The position numbers and the translations under genes were made by a program. From assembly GCA_029977665.1 (NCBI GenBank), contig JAPOKK010000002.1, forward strand, positions 1 through 44,709: 44,709 nt of DNA, read 5' to 3'. Shown piece by piece: positions 1 to 10,346 of the stretch (its first letter is position 1; each line of letters starts with the position of its first letter). The notes under the pieces are model-generated. The model saw only the letters and a program-made list of their open reading frames with translations, had not been told where the DNA came from and made no database searches. This DNA is from Pseudomonadota bacterium. Its GTDB lineage: Bacteria > Pseudomonadota > Gammaproteobacteria > Ga0077536.

Positions 1-1305
1 CGCCGCCACGCGGATCTCGGCGGGCGGGAAGTCGGCGCTGAAGGTACTGCCCTGTCCCGGTTCACTGCGGATGGACAATGTCGCGTTGTGGCGTGACAGA
101 ACGTGCTTGGCGATGGCGAGGCCAAGACCGGTCCCGCCGATGCCGTTGACGCGGGCGCGCGACGGATCGACACGATAGAAGCGCTCGGTCAGGCGCGGCA
201 GGTGCTCGGGAGCGATACCGATACCGTTGTCCTCGACCGCGAAATGCGCGCCGGCCGCGTCACGGTACCAGCGCACGCGGATGATGCCGCGCGCCGGCGT
301 GTACTGCACGGCATTGAACAGCAGGTTGGAGAACGCGCTGTAGAGCTCGTCGCGCGAGCCGCTGACGCACAACTCGCCGTCGATCTCGAGCGAGAACAGA
401 TGGGCGAGGTCGCCGCTCAGCTCGCGAGCGCGGTCGTGCAGCTCGCCAATCAGTGCCGGCACGTCGACGGTCTGCGGCTGCTTGACGCGGTTCTCCGCCT
501 CCAGGCTGGACAGCAGGAGCAGTTCCTGTACGAGGTTCTGCATCCGGTTGGCATGGCCGGACATCTGTTCGAACGCGTTGCGCCAGGCGGGGGGCGCATC
601 GTCGGCCTGCGCGAGCAGCGTCTCGAGGTAACCACGGAAAACCGTGATCGGCGTGCGCAGCTCGTGCGAGACATTGGCTACGAAATCCGAGCGAATCAGG
701 TTGGCGCGGTGCAGATCGGTGATATCGCGCGCGACCAGGATGCGCTGCTCGTTGCCGTACGGGGCGGTCAGGATGCTCAGGTGCCGTTCGGCATCCGTCG
801 GACACACCACCTCCAGCGAGCGTCCCTCCTCGTCGCGGGTCGTCTCGATATAGGTGCGCAGTTCGGGATTGCGCACGATGTTGGTGATGCGCTGACCGAC
901 GTCCTCTGGCCAGCACACGCCGAGATCGCGCCGCGCGGCGCCGTTCGCCCAGCGCACTTCGTCATCGGTATCGAGCACCACGGTCGCGTCGGGCAGGGCG
1001 CGCGTCGCCTGCTGGAACTGCTTGAGGTAATTACCGAGTTTCTTCTTGCGCTTCTTGTGGCGCTCGCGCAGGTAATCGATTTCGAGCGTGATCTCCTCGA
1101 ACACGCCGGCGTGCTCGGGTGGCTCGCAGGCCTTGCGGTTGCGCAGCCAGCGCAACAGGCGCGCCAGCTCGCGCTGGGTCCAGGCGATGTACAGGGCGGC
1201 GGCGAGGAACAGGGCCCAGCCGGTGAGCCCGGTGACGAGGCCGACGACCAGGGCCAGCAGCAACAGGCCGAGCAGACGCCAGATATCCTGATGTTGCATC
1301 GACAT
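1..1305 (-). CDS. phoR: Phosphate regulon sensor histidine kinase PhoR (3' end runs off the left window edge)
   Basis: It is absent from the ORF track because it is truncated by the window edge. My reverse-complement translation from the ATG at 1305 reads MSMQHQDIWRLLGLLLLALVV (hydrophobic N-terminus), then SDFVANVSHELRTPITV (H-box), EDNGIGIAPEHLPRLTERFYRVD, GGTGLGLAIAKHV (G-box) and EPGQGSTFSADFPP. It lies directly downstream of phoB on the same strand. Confidence 0.9.
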   Translation of the reverse strand, partial: MSMQHQDIWRLLGLLLLALVVGLVTGLTGWALFLAAALYIAWTQRELARLLRWLRNRKACEPPEHAGVFEEITLEIDYLRERHKKRKKKLGNYLKQFQQATRALPDATVVLDTDDEVRWANGAARRDLGVCWPEDVGQRITNIVRNPELRTYIETTRDEEGRSLEVVCPTDAERHLSILTAPYGNEQRILVARDITDLHRANLIRSDFVANVSHELRTPITVFRGYLETLLAQADDAPPAWRNAFEQMSGHANRMQNLVQELLLLSSLEAENRVKQPQTVDVPALIGELHDRARELSGDLAHLFSLEIDGELCVSGSRDELYSAFSNLLFNAVQYTPARGIIRVRWYRDAAGAHFAVEDNGIGIAPEHLPRLTERFYRVDPSRARVNGIGGTGLGLAIAKHVLSRHNATLSIRSEPGQGSTFSADFPPAEIRVAA

Positions 1306-1399
1306 TCTCAGCGGGAATGGCTGTCGCCGCGCATTATGCGGCCTTTCGGCCGGGCTTGGGAACGTCGCGCGCTAGCCGCGTGCACGGATCTGACCGGGG

Positions 1400-2092
1400 T
1401 CAGTCGACGATGGTCGAAAAGCGATAGCCCATGCCGCGCACGGTCTGGATGTAGACGTCACAGTCATACGGCTCGAACAGCTTGCGCAGGCGGCGGATAT
1501 GCACGTCGACCGTGCGCTCCTCAATGTAGGCATTGGCGCCCCACACGGCATCGAGCAGCTGGCTGCGGCTATAGACGCGCTCGGCGTGGGTGACGAAGAA
1601 GTGCAGCAGGCGGAACTCGGTCGGGCTGAGGTTGATCGGCGTGCCGGAACAGGTCACGCGGCTGCTCTGCAGATCGACCGTCAACGGCCCCTCGGTGAAG
1701 ATTTCGGGGTTCGGCGGCTGCTGGGTGCGGCGCATCACGGCGCGCACGCGGGCCAGCAGCTCGCGGGTCGAGAACGGCTTGGTGATGTAGTCGTCGGCGC
1801 CGCTGTCGAGGCCGCGCACCTTGTCGTTCTCCTCGCCGCGCGCGGTGAGCATGATGATCGGGATGTCGGCGGTGTCCGGATCGCGCTTGAGCCGCCGCGC
1901 GAAGTCGACGCCCGACAGTCCCGGCAGCATCCAGTCGAGCAGGATGACGTCCGGCATGAGGTATTTCATCGCGTTCTGCGCGGCCTCGACATCACCCGCT
2001 TCGAGGAAGTTGTAGCCTTCGGCGGCGAGCGCGAAGCCGAGCATCTGCCGGATGGCAGGTTCGTCCTCGACGATGAGTACTTTGGGGATCAT
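1400..2092 (-). CDS. phoB: Phosphate regulon response regulator PhoB (OmpR family)
   Basis: ORF 1400..2149. The receiver domain begins MIPKVLIVEDEPAIRQML and contains LLDWMLPGLSG. The winged-helix C-terminus reads RTVDVHIRRLRKLF..VRGMGYRF. I placed the start at the internal ATG (2092) that begins the receiver domain. The gene is paired with phoR. Confidence 0.93.
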   Translation of the reverse strand: MIPKVLIVEDEPAIRQMLGFALAAEGYNFLEAGDVEAAQNAMKYLMPDVILLDWMLPGLSGVDFARRLKRDPDTADIPIIMLTARGEENDKVRGLDSGADDYITKPFSTRELLARVRAVMRRTQQPPNPEIFTEGPLTVDLQSSRVTCSGTPINLSPTEFRLLHFFVTHAERVYSRSQLLDAVWGANAYIEERTVDVHIRRLRKLFEPYDCDVYIQTVRGMGYRFSTIVD

Positions 2093-2135
2093 CTCGCTCA
2101 CAGTGCGGAATCGTGGCCGTAGTTCACGCCCGGCA

Positions 2136-2157
2136 TTTAATGTCGGCATTGTTACAG
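2136..2157 (-). promoter_or_regulatory. Candidate Pho box upstream of phoB
   Basis: The minus strand reads CTGTAAC-AATG-CCGACAT-TAAA, which is two 7-nt repeats each matching CTGTCAT at 5 of 7 positions with a 4-nt spacer. It ends 43 nt upstream of the phoB ATG and sits in the only AT-rich patch of this intergenic region. Confidence 0.3.
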
Positions 2158-2408
2158 GTTAATGAATGGGCGACGAACACCGCGTCGCCGACCGCCGGGG
2201 CGGCAAAGGCAGGAAAAAATCCCGCCCCTGGCCGCGACGACGGCGAAGATCCGGCTCGCGGACGAACCCCTGCCCCGGTAAAGTTCGGTACTGGTCGGGA
2301 CACGGCACAGGAAGTGCACCGTCCCGGCCCGGGGCCGCCTTGCGGCCCCGTCCTGCCAACCCCCAACAACGGCCCGCGCCCGGTGGCGCCGGCCGCAGGA
2401 GACAAGGA

Positions 2409-2678
2409 ATGTCCATCATCAAGCCCCTGTTCGCCCTCTGCCTGCTCGTCACCAGCCTGACCGCCGGTGCCGGGGAACGTATCAATCTGAACGCGGCGGA
2501 CGCCGCGGCCCTCGCCGCCGGCATCGACGGCATCGGACCGGCCAAGGCGGCGGCGATCGTCGCCTACCGGGCCGAGCACGGTCCGTTCAAGACCGTCGAT
2601 GACCTGTTGCTGGTCCGCGGTATCGGCCAGGCCACGCTGGATCGCAATCGCGACCGCCTGACCGCGGCCACACCCTGA
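2409..2678 (+). CDS. comEA: ComEA-like secreted helix-hairpin-helix DNA-binding protein
   Basis: This is the tail of ORF 2166..2678. From the ATG at 2409 it reads MSIIKPLFALCLLVTSLTAGAG (signal peptide), followed by INLNAADAAALAAGIDGIGPAKAAAIVAYRAEHGPFKTVDDLLLVRGIG, a typical ComEA HhH module. Confidence 0.8.
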   Translation: MSIIKPLFALCLLVTSLTAGAGERINLNAADAAALAAGIDGIGPAKAAAIVAYRAEHGPFKTVDDLLLVRGIGQATLDRNRDRLTAATP

Positions 2679-2713
2679 GTCCCACCCCCGACCCTCCTCG
2701 GCCGTCTGGCCCG

Positions 2714-2742
2714 GCCGGCTCCCCCGAGCCGGCTTTCTTTTT
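2714..2742 (+). terminator. Rho-independent terminator after the comEA-like gene
   Basis: A perfect 8-bp stem GCCGGCTC / GAGCCGGC with loop CCCC is followed directly by TTTCTTTTT. Confidence 0.7.
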
Positions 2743-3146
2743 GCGCGCGCCGCGTGCGCTACGGTATGCTTCGCGGCGCAGCAGGCATCCGCATCCAGGC
2801 CGATTTTCGCACCCGGCCGGCGACCACGGGCGGCAGGCCGGGTAGCCGGCAAGATGAGCGCCCGGGTTCGCGGCGGGGTGTGCGCTGCGGCACGCGTGCG
2901 CCACGTTGCGTGGCGCGCCCGCGAGCCTATCCCACTGCCCCACCGGTTCACGGCAGGCGCCCGCCGGGTCCGCCAACCCGCCCGACGGCGGGCGCGGGCA
3001 TCACCCGGCGACGACCGTCACTTCCAACGGTCCATCGGGGACGGGCGCCGGGCGCGGCACCCCGCCGGGCGCTGCGAGTGGATGGTGCGTCGACCGGCAC
3101 AGGGCCATCTTCAACCGACAAGGGCGCCGACGGCGCGACAATATCC

Positions 3147-5759
3147 ATGCAGGAACCGCTGAGCGAGCGTTACGAGCCGGGCGCGATCGAGCCCGTTGTG
3201 CAGGCGCACTGGGACGACGACAAGGTCTTCAAGGTCCGCGAGGACCCGGAGCGCGAGAAATTCTATTGCCTGTGCATGTTCCCCTACCCGTCGGGGCGCC
3301 TGCACATGGGGCACGTGCGCAACTACACCATCGGCGACGTGATCGCGCGCTACCAGCGCATGCAGGGCAAGAACGTGCTGCAGCCGATGGGCTGGGACGC
3401 CTTCGGCCTGCCCGCCGAGAACGCCGCGATCGAGAACAACGTGCCGCCGGCGCAATGGACGCGCTCGAACATCGAGTACATGCGCGGACAGCTCAAGCGG
3501 CTCGGCTTCGCCTACGACTGGGACCGCGAACTGGCCACCTGTGACCCCGACTACTACCGCTGGGAACAGTGGTTCTTCGGTCGCCTCTACGAAAAAGGCC
3601 TGGTCTACCGCGCCACGGCGGTGGTCAACTGGGACCCGGTCGACCAGACCGTGCTGGCCAACGAGCAGGTCATCGACGGCTGCGGCTGGCGTTCGGGTGC
3701 ACCCGTCGAGCGGCGCGAGATCCCACAGTGGTTCCTGCGCATCACCGCCTACGCCGACGAGCTCCTCGACGAGCTCGATCGCATGGACGACTGGCCGGAC
3801 GCGGTACGAACCATGCAGCGCAACTGGATCGGGCGTTCGGAAGGCCTGTCCATCCGCTTTGCACTGAACGATGCGTCGGTCGGCGGTCTCGAAGAACTCG
3901 AGGTCTTTACCACGCGCCCCGACACCCTGCTCGGTGCGACCTACATGGCCGTGGCGCCGGAACATCCGCTCGCACTCGCCTGCGCCGAGAACGACACGGC
4001 GCTTGGCGCCTTCGTCGAGGAATGCCGCCACCAGTCGACCTCCGAGGCCGTCATCGAGAAGCTCGAGAAACGCGGCATGGCGCTGCCGGTGACGGTGCGC
4101 CATCCGCTGACCAGCGAGGCGCTGCCGGTGTGGGTGGCCAACTTCGTACTGATGAGCTACGGCACGGGCGCGGTGATGTCGGTGCCGGCACACGACCAGC
4201 GCGACTGGGAGTTCGCACGCAAGTACGACCTCGCCATCGTACCGGTCATCGCCGATGCCGAGGGCAACGCGCCTGACGTAACGAGCGGCGCACACACCGA
4301 GCGCGGCCGGACCATCAACAGCGGCAAATTCGATGGACTGGACTTCGCCGCCGCGTTCGATGCGATTGCCACCGCCTTGGAACGCGAGGGCCGCGCTGAA
4401 CGCCGCGTGCAGTATCGCCTGCGCGACTGGCTCGTTTCGCGCCAACGCTACTGGGGCTGCCCGATCCCGGTCGTCTACGATAACGAGGGCAACATGCAGC
4501 CGGAGGCCGCGGACCGCCTGCCGGTGACGCTGCCCGAAGACGTCGCCTGGGAAGGTGTCGCCTCGCCGCTGCGCAGCATGCCGGACTTCACCGCGACCAC
4601 GCTCGCCGACGGCAGCCCGGCGCGCCGCGAAACCGACACCTTCGACACGTTCTTCGAGTCCTCCTGGTATTTCTCGCGCTTCTGCTGTGCCGACAACGCC
4701 GATGGCATGGTCGACGAGCGCGTCGACTACTGGATGCCGGTCGACATCTACATCGGCGGTATCGAGCACGCCGTGCTGCACCTGCTATACGCCCGCTTCT
4801 TCCACAAGGCAATGCGCGATGCCGGCCTGGTCAAGTCCGACGAACCGTTCAAGCGGCTGCTGACCCAGGGCATGGTGTGCAAGGAAACCTACTTCCGCGA
4901 GACCGCCCAGGGCCGCAAACAGTACTTCAACCCCGCCGAGGTCGACGTCGAGACCGACGACAAGGGCCGCGTCATCGCCGCGCGGGCACGCAGCGACGGC
5001 CAGCCCGTGACCATCGGTCCGGTCGAAAAGATGTCGAAGTCGAAGAACAACGGCGTCGACCCGCAGGCGCTCATCGATCGCTACGGCGCCGACACGGTGC
5101 GCCTGTACACCATGTTCGCCGCGCCGCCCGACCAGAGTCTCGAATGGTCGGACTCGGCTGTCGAAGGCGCCTTCCGCTTCCTCAAGTCGCTGTGGCGCCT
5201 GACCCACGAACACGTCAGCGTCGGCCCGGTCGATGCGCTGGACGTCACCGCGCTCGACGATGCACTGAAGGACCTGCGCCGCCACATCCACGAGACCATC
5301 GTCAAGGTCTCCGACGACGTCAGCCGACGCTACAAGTTCAACACCGCCATCGCGGCGGTAATGGAACTGGTCAACCACCTGTCACGCACACCGGCCGACA
5401 ATGCCGCCGCCCGGGCCGTGCGCCAGGAAGGCCTGGATACCGTCGTGCTGCTGCTCGCGCCGATCGTGCCGCACGCCGCGCACGTGCTGTGGCAGGCGCT
5501 CGGCCACGACGAAGCGCTCACCGACGCACGCTGGCCGGTCGCCGACGAGAACGCGCTGGTACGCGAGGCGATCGAGCTGGTGGTGCAGGTCAACGGTCGC
5601 AAGCGCGCGGTCGTGCAGGTCGCCGCGGACGCCGACAAGGCCGCGTGCGAGCAGGCCGCGCTGGCCGACGACAACGTCGCGCGGTTCACCGAGGGCAAGA
5701 CGGTGCGCAAGATCATCGTCGTACCCGGTAAACTCGTGAATATCGTGGTACAGGAGTGA
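3147..5759 (+). CDS. leuS: Leucine--tRNA ligase
   Basis: ORF 2754..5759. The conserved sequence starts at [22 protein letters not shown] (ATG 3147). It carries the HIGH-type motif [15 protein letters not shown] and the KMSKS motif. The length from 3147 is 870 aa, typical for LeuS. The upstream in-frame stretch is Arg/Pro-rich and not protein-like. Confidence 0.96.
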   Translation: MQEPLSERYEPGAIEPVVQAHWDDDKVFKVREDPEREKFYCLCMFPYPSGRLHMGHVRNYTIGDVIARYQRMQGKNVLQPMGWDAFGLPAENAAIENNVPPAQWTRSNIEYMRGQLKRLGFAYDWDRELATCDPDYYRWEQWFFGRLYEKGLVYRATAVVNWDPVDQTVLANEQVIDGCGWRSGAPVERREIPQWFLRITAYADELLDELDRMDDWPDAVRTMQRNWIGRSEGLSIRFALNDASVGGLEELEVFTTRPDTLLGATYMAVAPEHPLALACAENDTALGAFVEECRHQSTSEAVIEKLEKRGMALPVTVRHPLTSEALPVWVANFVLMSYGTGAVMSVPAHDQRDWEFARKYDLAIVPVIADAEGNAPDVTSGAHTERGRTINSGKFDGLDFAAAFDAIATALEREGRAERRVQYRLRDWLVSRQRYWGCPIPVVYDNEGNMQPEAADRLPVTLPEDVAWEGVASPLRSMPDFTATTLADGSPARRETDTFDTFFESSWYFSRFCCADNADGMVDERVDYWMPVDIYIGGIEHAVLHLLYARFFHKAMRDAGLVKSDEPFKRLLTQGMVCKETYFRETAQGRKQYFNPAEVDVETDDKGRVIAARARSDGQPVTIGPVEKMSKSKNNGVDPQALIDRYGADTVRLYTMFAAPPDQSLEWSDSAVEGAFRFLKSLWRLTHEHVSVGPVDALDVTALDDALKDLRRHIHETIVKVSDDVSRRYKFNTAIAAVMELVNHLSRTPADNAAARAVRQEGLDTVVLLLAPIVPHAAHVLWQALGHDEALTDARWPVADENALVREAIELVVQVNGRKRAVVQVAADADKAACEQAALADDNVARFTEGKTVRKIIVVPGKLVNIVVQE

Positions 5760-5766
5760 TGCACTC

Positions 5767-6324
5767 GTGCTGACGCACCTCACCCGCCTCGGCCTCGCCG
5801 TCGTGCTCGCCATGCTCGCCGGCTGCGGTGGCTGGCACTTGCGCGGTGCCGGTCCCGGCGGTTCGCTCGACCACATCGTCTACGTCTCGGCGGGTGGCGC
5901 GAACGACGTCGGCCGCGCACTGCGCACGCAGATCGTCAATCGCGGCGGGCGGCTCACGAATACCCGCCAGGCGGCGGACCTGGTCGTCGACATCAACGGC
6001 GAGCGCTTCGAGCGCCAGACCTTGTCGGTCGATCCGGACACCGGCAAGGTGCGCGAGGTCCAGCTCCAACTGACAACGTCGTTCGCCGTACGCACGCAGT
6101 CTGGCACCCTGGTGGTACCGCGGGAGGACATTTCCTGGCAGCTCGACTACGTCTTCGACGAGGGTGCGGTGCTCGGCACCGTCGAGCAGGACCAGGTCAT
6201 CCGGCGCGATCTCGCCGAGATCGCGGCGACCGCGATCGCGTTGCGCCTGCAGGTGCTCGAGCTACCGGACGAGGAGCCCGACGAGGAACCGGTCGCGGCG
6301 GTCAACGCGGCGGCGGCGCAGTGA
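5767..6324 (+). CDS. lptE: LPS-assembly lipoprotein LptE (RlpB)
   Basis: GTG start. The signal peptide has the lipobox LAMLAGC. The size (185 aa) and the invariant position between leuS and holA both fit LptE. Confidence 0.82.
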   Translation: MLTHLTRLGLAVVLAMLAGCGGWHLRGAGPGGSLDHIVYVSAGGANDVGRALRTQIVNRGGRLTNTRQAADLVVDINGERFERQTLSVDPDTGKVREVQLQLTTSFAVRTQSGTLVVPREDISWQLDYVFDEGAVLGTVEQDQVIRRDLAEIAATAIALRLQVLELPDEEPDEEPVAAVNAAAAQ

Positions 6325-6334
6325 CGACCGGGCC

Positions 6335-7375
6335 ATGCAGCTGAGCTGCGAACGCCTGCTCGAACGACTCGGCCGCGACGGCGCGCTCGACCCGGTCTAT
6401 TTCCTCTACGGCGACGAACCCCTGCAGCTCACCGAGTGCGCCGACGCCCTGCGCGCGCGGGCCCAGGCCGACGGCATCACCGAGCGCTGCGTGTTCGACG
6501 CCGACAGCGGCGGCGACTGGGATGCCATCGCCGGCGAAGCGAATGCGCTGTCCCTGTTCGCGGCGCGCCGCCTGATCGAGATTCGTCTCGGCACGCGCAG
6601 CCCCGACAAGCGCGGCACGGAAGTCCTCGAACGCCTCCTGGCCGCCCCGGGCGGTGACGATGTCTACCTGGTGCTGGGCGGCGCCCTCGACAGCCGCGCG
6701 CGGCGCGCGCGCTGGTTCAAGCTGCTCGAAAGCGGTGCCGTCACGGGCGCCTCGCGCGACCCGCGCCCGGAGCAGCTGCCGGCCTGGCTCAACCGTCGCG
6801 CGGCGCGTCACCGCAAGCGCCTCTCCGGCGCGGCGGCCGCGCTGGTCGCCGAACGCGTCGAGGGCAACCTGCTCGCCGCCGCGCAGGAAGTCGAGAAGCT
6901 CTGCCTGCTGGTCGATGCCGAGACCATCGAGGACACCGACGTCATCCACGCCGTCACCGACAGTGCACGCTTCGACGTCTACCAGCTCGTCGACGCCCTC
7001 GTCGCCGGCGATCTCGGTCGTGGCCTGCGCGTGTTGCGCGGCCTGCGCGAGGAGGGCAGCGAGCCACCGCTGCTGACCTGGGCGCTCGGCCGTGAACTGC
7101 GCCAGCTCGCTGCCATGGCCGCCGCCATCGAGCGCGGCAAACGCGTCGACCAGGTGCTCGACGAATACCGCGTGTGGAGCAACCGCAAGGGCATGGTACG
7201 GCGGCTGCTCGAGCGTCTCGATGCGGCGACCCTGCTCGAACTGCTGATGTGCGCGAACGCCATCGACGCGGCGGCCAAGGGCGCGCGCCGCGGCGCACCG
7301 TGGGACGAACTCGAGCTGCTCGCGCTGCGCCTGTGCGGGCGTCGCGACGCCGGCGCCTACCTCGTCCCGCCCTGA
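6335..7375 (+). CDS. holA: DNA polymerase III subunit delta
   Basis: This is the in-frame tail of ORF 6164..7375. From the ATG at 6335 it reads MQLSCERLLERL..PVYFLYGDEPLQL, then NLLAAAQEVEKLCLL. The product is 346 aa. It sits in the conserved leuS-lptE-holA order. Confidence 0.85.
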   Translation: MQLSCERLLERLGRDGALDPVYFLYGDEPLQLTECADALRARAQADGITERCVFDADSGGDWDAIAGEANALSLFAARRLIEIRLGTRSPDKRGTEVLERLLAAPGGDDVYLVLGGALDSRARRARWFKLLESGAVTGASRDPRPEQLPAWLNRRAARHRKRLSGAAAALVAERVEGNLLAAAQEVEKLCLLVDAETIEDTDVIHAVTDSARFDVYQLVDALVAGDLGRGLRVLRGLREEGSEPPLLTWALGRELRQLAAMAAAIERGKRVDQVLDEYRVWSNRKGMVRRLLERLDAATLLELLMCANAIDAAAKGARRGAPWDELELLALRLCGRRDAGAYLVPP

Positions 7376-7501
7376 GGCGCATCGGGACCCGCGAAAGGTC
7401 GCCCGGCGCAGCCGCGACAACGCGCAGGGTGTAAACTGCGCGCCACGGCGCCGGCCGGCCGACGGCACCGCGCCACCCGCTACGTCACCGACCGAATCAC
7501 C

Positions 7502-8788
7502 ATGCAACAGTCCGTACACGAAAGCGACGTCGACGACGTCACCGCCTATGTCATCGCCACGGCGCGCGCAGCACGCGCAGCCAGCAGCGCGATGGCCCGC
7601 GCCACCACCGCGGCCAAGAACCGGGCCCTGGTCGCGATCGCCGCAGAACTGCGCGGCGCGCGTGCGAGCATCCTCGCCGCCAACGCGGACGATCTCGCCG
7701 ACGCGCACCGCGCGGGCCTGGACAGCGCACTGCTCGATCGTCTCGAGCTCACCGACGCGCGCGTCGAGAGCATGGCCGCGGGCGTGCTCGAGGTCGCCGA
7801 CCTGCCCGATCCGATCGGCGCGGTAAGCGATCTCGATTATCGTCCGAGCGGCATCCAGGTCGGGCGCATGCGGGTCCCGCTCGGCGTGGTCGGCATCATT
7901 TACGAGTCGCGTCCCAACGTCACCGCCGACGCCGCGGCGCTGTGTCTGAAATCGGGCAACGCCGCGATTCTGCGCGGCGGCTCCGAGGCGCGGCGCTCGA
8001 ACCAGGCGATCGCGCGCTGCGTCACCGCGGGACTCGAGCAGGCCGGACTGCCCGGCGACGGCGTGCAGGTGCTCGCCACCACCGACCGCGCGGCGGTCGG
8101 CGTCATGCTCGCGCAGGACGACTGCATCGACGTCATCGTACCGCGTGGCGGCAAGGGCCTCATCGAACGTGTCAGCCGCGAGGCCCGCATGCCGGTGATC
8201 AAGCACCTCGACGGCGTCTGCCACGTCTTTCTCGACGACCATGCCGACGACGACAAGGCCTACGCCATCGCGCTCAACGCCAAAACCCAGCGCTATGGCA
8301 CCTGCAACACCATGGAGACGCTGCTGGCCACGGCCGACGCCGCGCGGCGCGTCTTCCCGCGCCTTTTCGCCGCCTACCGGGATGCGGGCGTCGAGCTGCG
8401 CGGATGCGCACGCACCCGGGCGCTCGACGAGGCGGTGATCGCTGCGACCGAGGACGACTGGTACGCGGAATACCTCGCTCCCGTGCTGGCGGTGCGCATC
8501 GTCGACGACCTCGATGCCGCCATCGCGCACATCCGCCAATACGGTTCGCAACACACCGATGCCATCGTCACCGAGGATTACTCGCGCGCGCGCCGCTTCC
8601 TCGCCGAGGTCGACTCGAGCTCGGTGATGGTCAACGCGTCGACACGCTTCGCCGATGGTTTCGAGTACGGACTCGGCGCCGAGATCGGGATCAGCACGGA
8701 CAAGTTCCACGCGCGCGGACCCGTCGGGCTCGAAGGCCTGACGTCGCAGAAATGGATCGTGCTCGGCGACGGGCAAGTACGCACTTGA
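7502..8788 (+). CDS. proA: Glutamate-5-semialdehyde dehydrogenase (gamma-glutamyl phosphate reductase)
   Basis: The 428-aa product contains [39 protein letters not shown] and [23 protein letters not shown]. Confidence 0.95.
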   Translation: MQQSVHESDVDDVTAYVIATARAARAASSAMARATTAAKNRALVAIAAELRGARASILAANADDLADAHRAGLDSALLDRLELTDARVESMAAGVLEVADLPDPIGAVSDLDYRPSGIQVGRMRVPLGVVGIIYESRPNVTADAAALCLKSGNAAILRGGSEARRSNQAIARCVTAGLEQAGLPGDGVQVLATTDRAAVGVMLAQDDCIDVIVPRGGKGLIERVSREARMPVIKHLDGVCHVFLDDHADDDKAYAIALNAKTQRYGTCNTMETLLATADAARRVFPRLFAAYRDAGVELRGCARTRALDEAVIAATEDDWYAEYLAPVLAVRIVDDLDAAIAHIRQYGSQHTDAIVTEDYSRARRFLAEVDSSSVMVNASTRFADGFEYGLGAEIGISTDKFHARGPVGLEGLTSQKWIVLGDGQVRT

Positions 8789-8804
8789 CCGGGTCGTCGC
8801 CGGC

Positions 8805-9449
8805 ATGAGCACGGCGAGCGAGCGCCCGATCGGCCTGCTCGGCGGCACCTTCGACCCGGTCCACAACGGCCACCTGCGGGTCGCGCTCGAAGCCTACGAA
8901 CTGCTCGACCTGGCCGAAGTCCGCCTGCTGCCGCTCAATACGCCCGGCCACCGGCCGCCGCCCGTCGCCGATGCGGCACTGCGCACCGAGATGCTGCGCG
9001 CCGCGGCCCGCACGCCACTGGTCGTCGACTGCTGCGAACTCGAACGCGGCGGCACCAGTTATACCGTGGAGACACTCGAGCACCTGCGCGAACGTTTCCC
9101 GCGGCGCCCGCTGTGCCTCATCATCGGGCTCGATTCCTACAATACGCTGCCGACCTGGCACCGCTGCGAGGCGCTGCTGACGCTGGCCCACGTGATCGTC
9201 GCCGCGCGCCCCGACGTCGCCCATCCGCCGCTGCCCGGACTTGACGAATTGGTCGGGAATGCGCAGTCTGAGCGCGTGTCCGATCTGCATGACAACGTGG
9301 CCGGCACGGTCCACTTCCTCGATATCCCCCTGCTGCCCATCGCCTCGAGCGATCTGCGCGCGCGCTGCCGCAGCGGGCGTTCGGTGCGCCATCTCGTGCC
9401 CGAAGCGGTCGATGCGCTGATCACGCAGCGCCGGCTCTACCGCGCATGA
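8805..9449 (+). CDS. nadD: Nicotinate-nucleotide adenylyltransferase
   Basis: The 214-aa product contains GLLGGTFDPVHNGHL (the HxGH motif) and ends with the ISSSDLR-like IASSDLRARCRSG. Confidence 0.92.
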   Translation: MSTASERPIGLLGGTFDPVHNGHLRVALEAYELLDLAEVRLLPLNTPGHRPPPVADAALRTEMLRAAARTPLVVDCCELERGGTSYTVETLEHLRERFPRRPLCLIIGLDSYNTLPTWHRCEALLTLAHVIVAARPDVAHPPLPGLDELVGNAQSERVSDLHDNVAGTVHFLDIPLLPIASSDLRARCRSGRSVRHLVPEAVDALITQRRLYRA

Positions 9450-9820
9450 ACGCCCCCGCCCCGATGGATGCCGCACGGCTGGCCGAACTGGTGCATGCCG
9501 CGCTCGACGACGGCAAGGGTGTCGACATCCGCGTGCTCGACGTCGGCGCGATGACGGTCATCACCGATTACATGATCATCGTCACCGGACGCTCCGCGCG
9601 GCAGGTCAAGGCCTTGTCGGACCGTGTGCGCGAAGCGGTGGCAAAGCACAAGCACGAAGGCGTGAGCGTGATTGGCAGCGAGGGCGAGGCCCAGGGCGAG
9701 TGGGTGCTGCTCGACCTCGGCGACGTCATCGTGCACATCATGCAACCCGAGGCCCGGGAGTTCTACCAGCTCGAGAAGCTGTGGGAAGAGCGTCCCCGGG
9801 CGCAGGCAGACGCGCCCTGA
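9446..9820 (+). CDS. rsfS: Ribosome silencing factor RsfS (YbeB)
   Basis: The 124-aa product contains DYMIIVTGRSARQVKAL and WVLLDLGDVIVHIMQPEAREFYQLEKLW. Its ATG overlaps the nadD stop (ATGA). Confidence 0.92.
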   Translation: MNAPAPMDAARLAELVHAALDDGKGVDIRVLDVGAMTVITDYMIIVTGRSARQVKALSDRVREAVAKHKHEGVSVIGSEGEAQGEWVLLDLGDVIVHIMQPEAREFYQLEKLWEERPRAQADAP

Positions 9821-9869
9821 GCAGACGCGGCGGCGGCCCCGGCCCGTCACGGCCGTGCATCTTGCCGCA

Positions 9870-10334
9870 ATGCTGATCGAGGTCCTGTGCGTGTGCCGCC
9901 GCCCGCCGCGCTGGGTCAGCGAAGTCACTGCCGACTACGCGCGGCGCCTGCCGCGCGATCTGCGCCTCGAGTTCACGTTCGTCGCACCGGCCGGGGACAG
10001 CCTGTCGAGCGCCGAGCGCAAGCGCGACGAGGCCCGACGTCTCGGCAAGCGGATCGCCGCCGACAGCGCCGTGATCGCGCTCGACGGCGGCGGCCGGGAA
10101 GTCGATAGCGCGGGGCTCGCCGGCTGGCTCGAAAACTGGCGCGCCGAGCATGCGCGCCTGGCCCTTCTGATCGGCGGTGCCGACGGCCTCGACGCGGACC
10201 TGCTCGCGACCGCCCGAGGCCGCTGGTCGCTCTCGCGCCTGACCCTGCCGCACCTGCTGGTGCAGGTACTCGTTGCCGAACAACTCTATCGTGCCTGGTC
10301 GATTCTCGATGGACACCCCTATCACCGCGCCTGA
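9870..10334 (+). CDS. rlmH: 23S rRNA (pseudouridine1915-N3)-methyltransferase RlmH
   Basis: This is the tail of ORF 9672..10334. From the ATG at 9870 it reads MLIEVLCVCRRPPRWV, then LLIGGADGL and LSRLTLPHLLVQVLVAEQLYRAWSIL..HPYHR. The product is 154 aa and follows rsfS as usual. Confidence 0.9.
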   Translation: MLIEVLCVCRRPPRWVSEVTADYARRLPRDLRLEFTFVAPAGDSLSSAERKRDEARRLGKRIAADSAVIALDGGGREVDSAGLAGWLENWRAEHARLALLIGGADGLDADLLATARGRWSLSRLTLPHLLVQVLVAEQLYRAWSILDGHPYHRA

Positions 10335-10346
10335 CGAGCACTCGAC

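Noticed and set aside
2754-3146. A possible 131-aa N-terminal extension of LeuS (the ORF track starts at 2754)
   Set aside because: The extension is Arg/Pro/Gly-rich and not protein-like. LeuS homology begins at the Met at 3147, and 870 aa is the normal LeuS length.
5833-5850. A TGGCAC motif as a sigma-54 promoter; a similar hit occurs at 10826-10840
   Set aside because: Both hits lie inside coding sequence (lptE and maf). The GG-to-GC spacing does not fit TGGCAC-N5-TTGC.
6302-8866. An 854-aa ORF on the minus strand spanning holA, proA and the nadD start
   Set aside because: It is antisense to three well-supported genes. Its translation is Arg/Ala/Gly-rich with no recognisable motifs. Long stop-free antisense frames are expected in GC-rich DNA.
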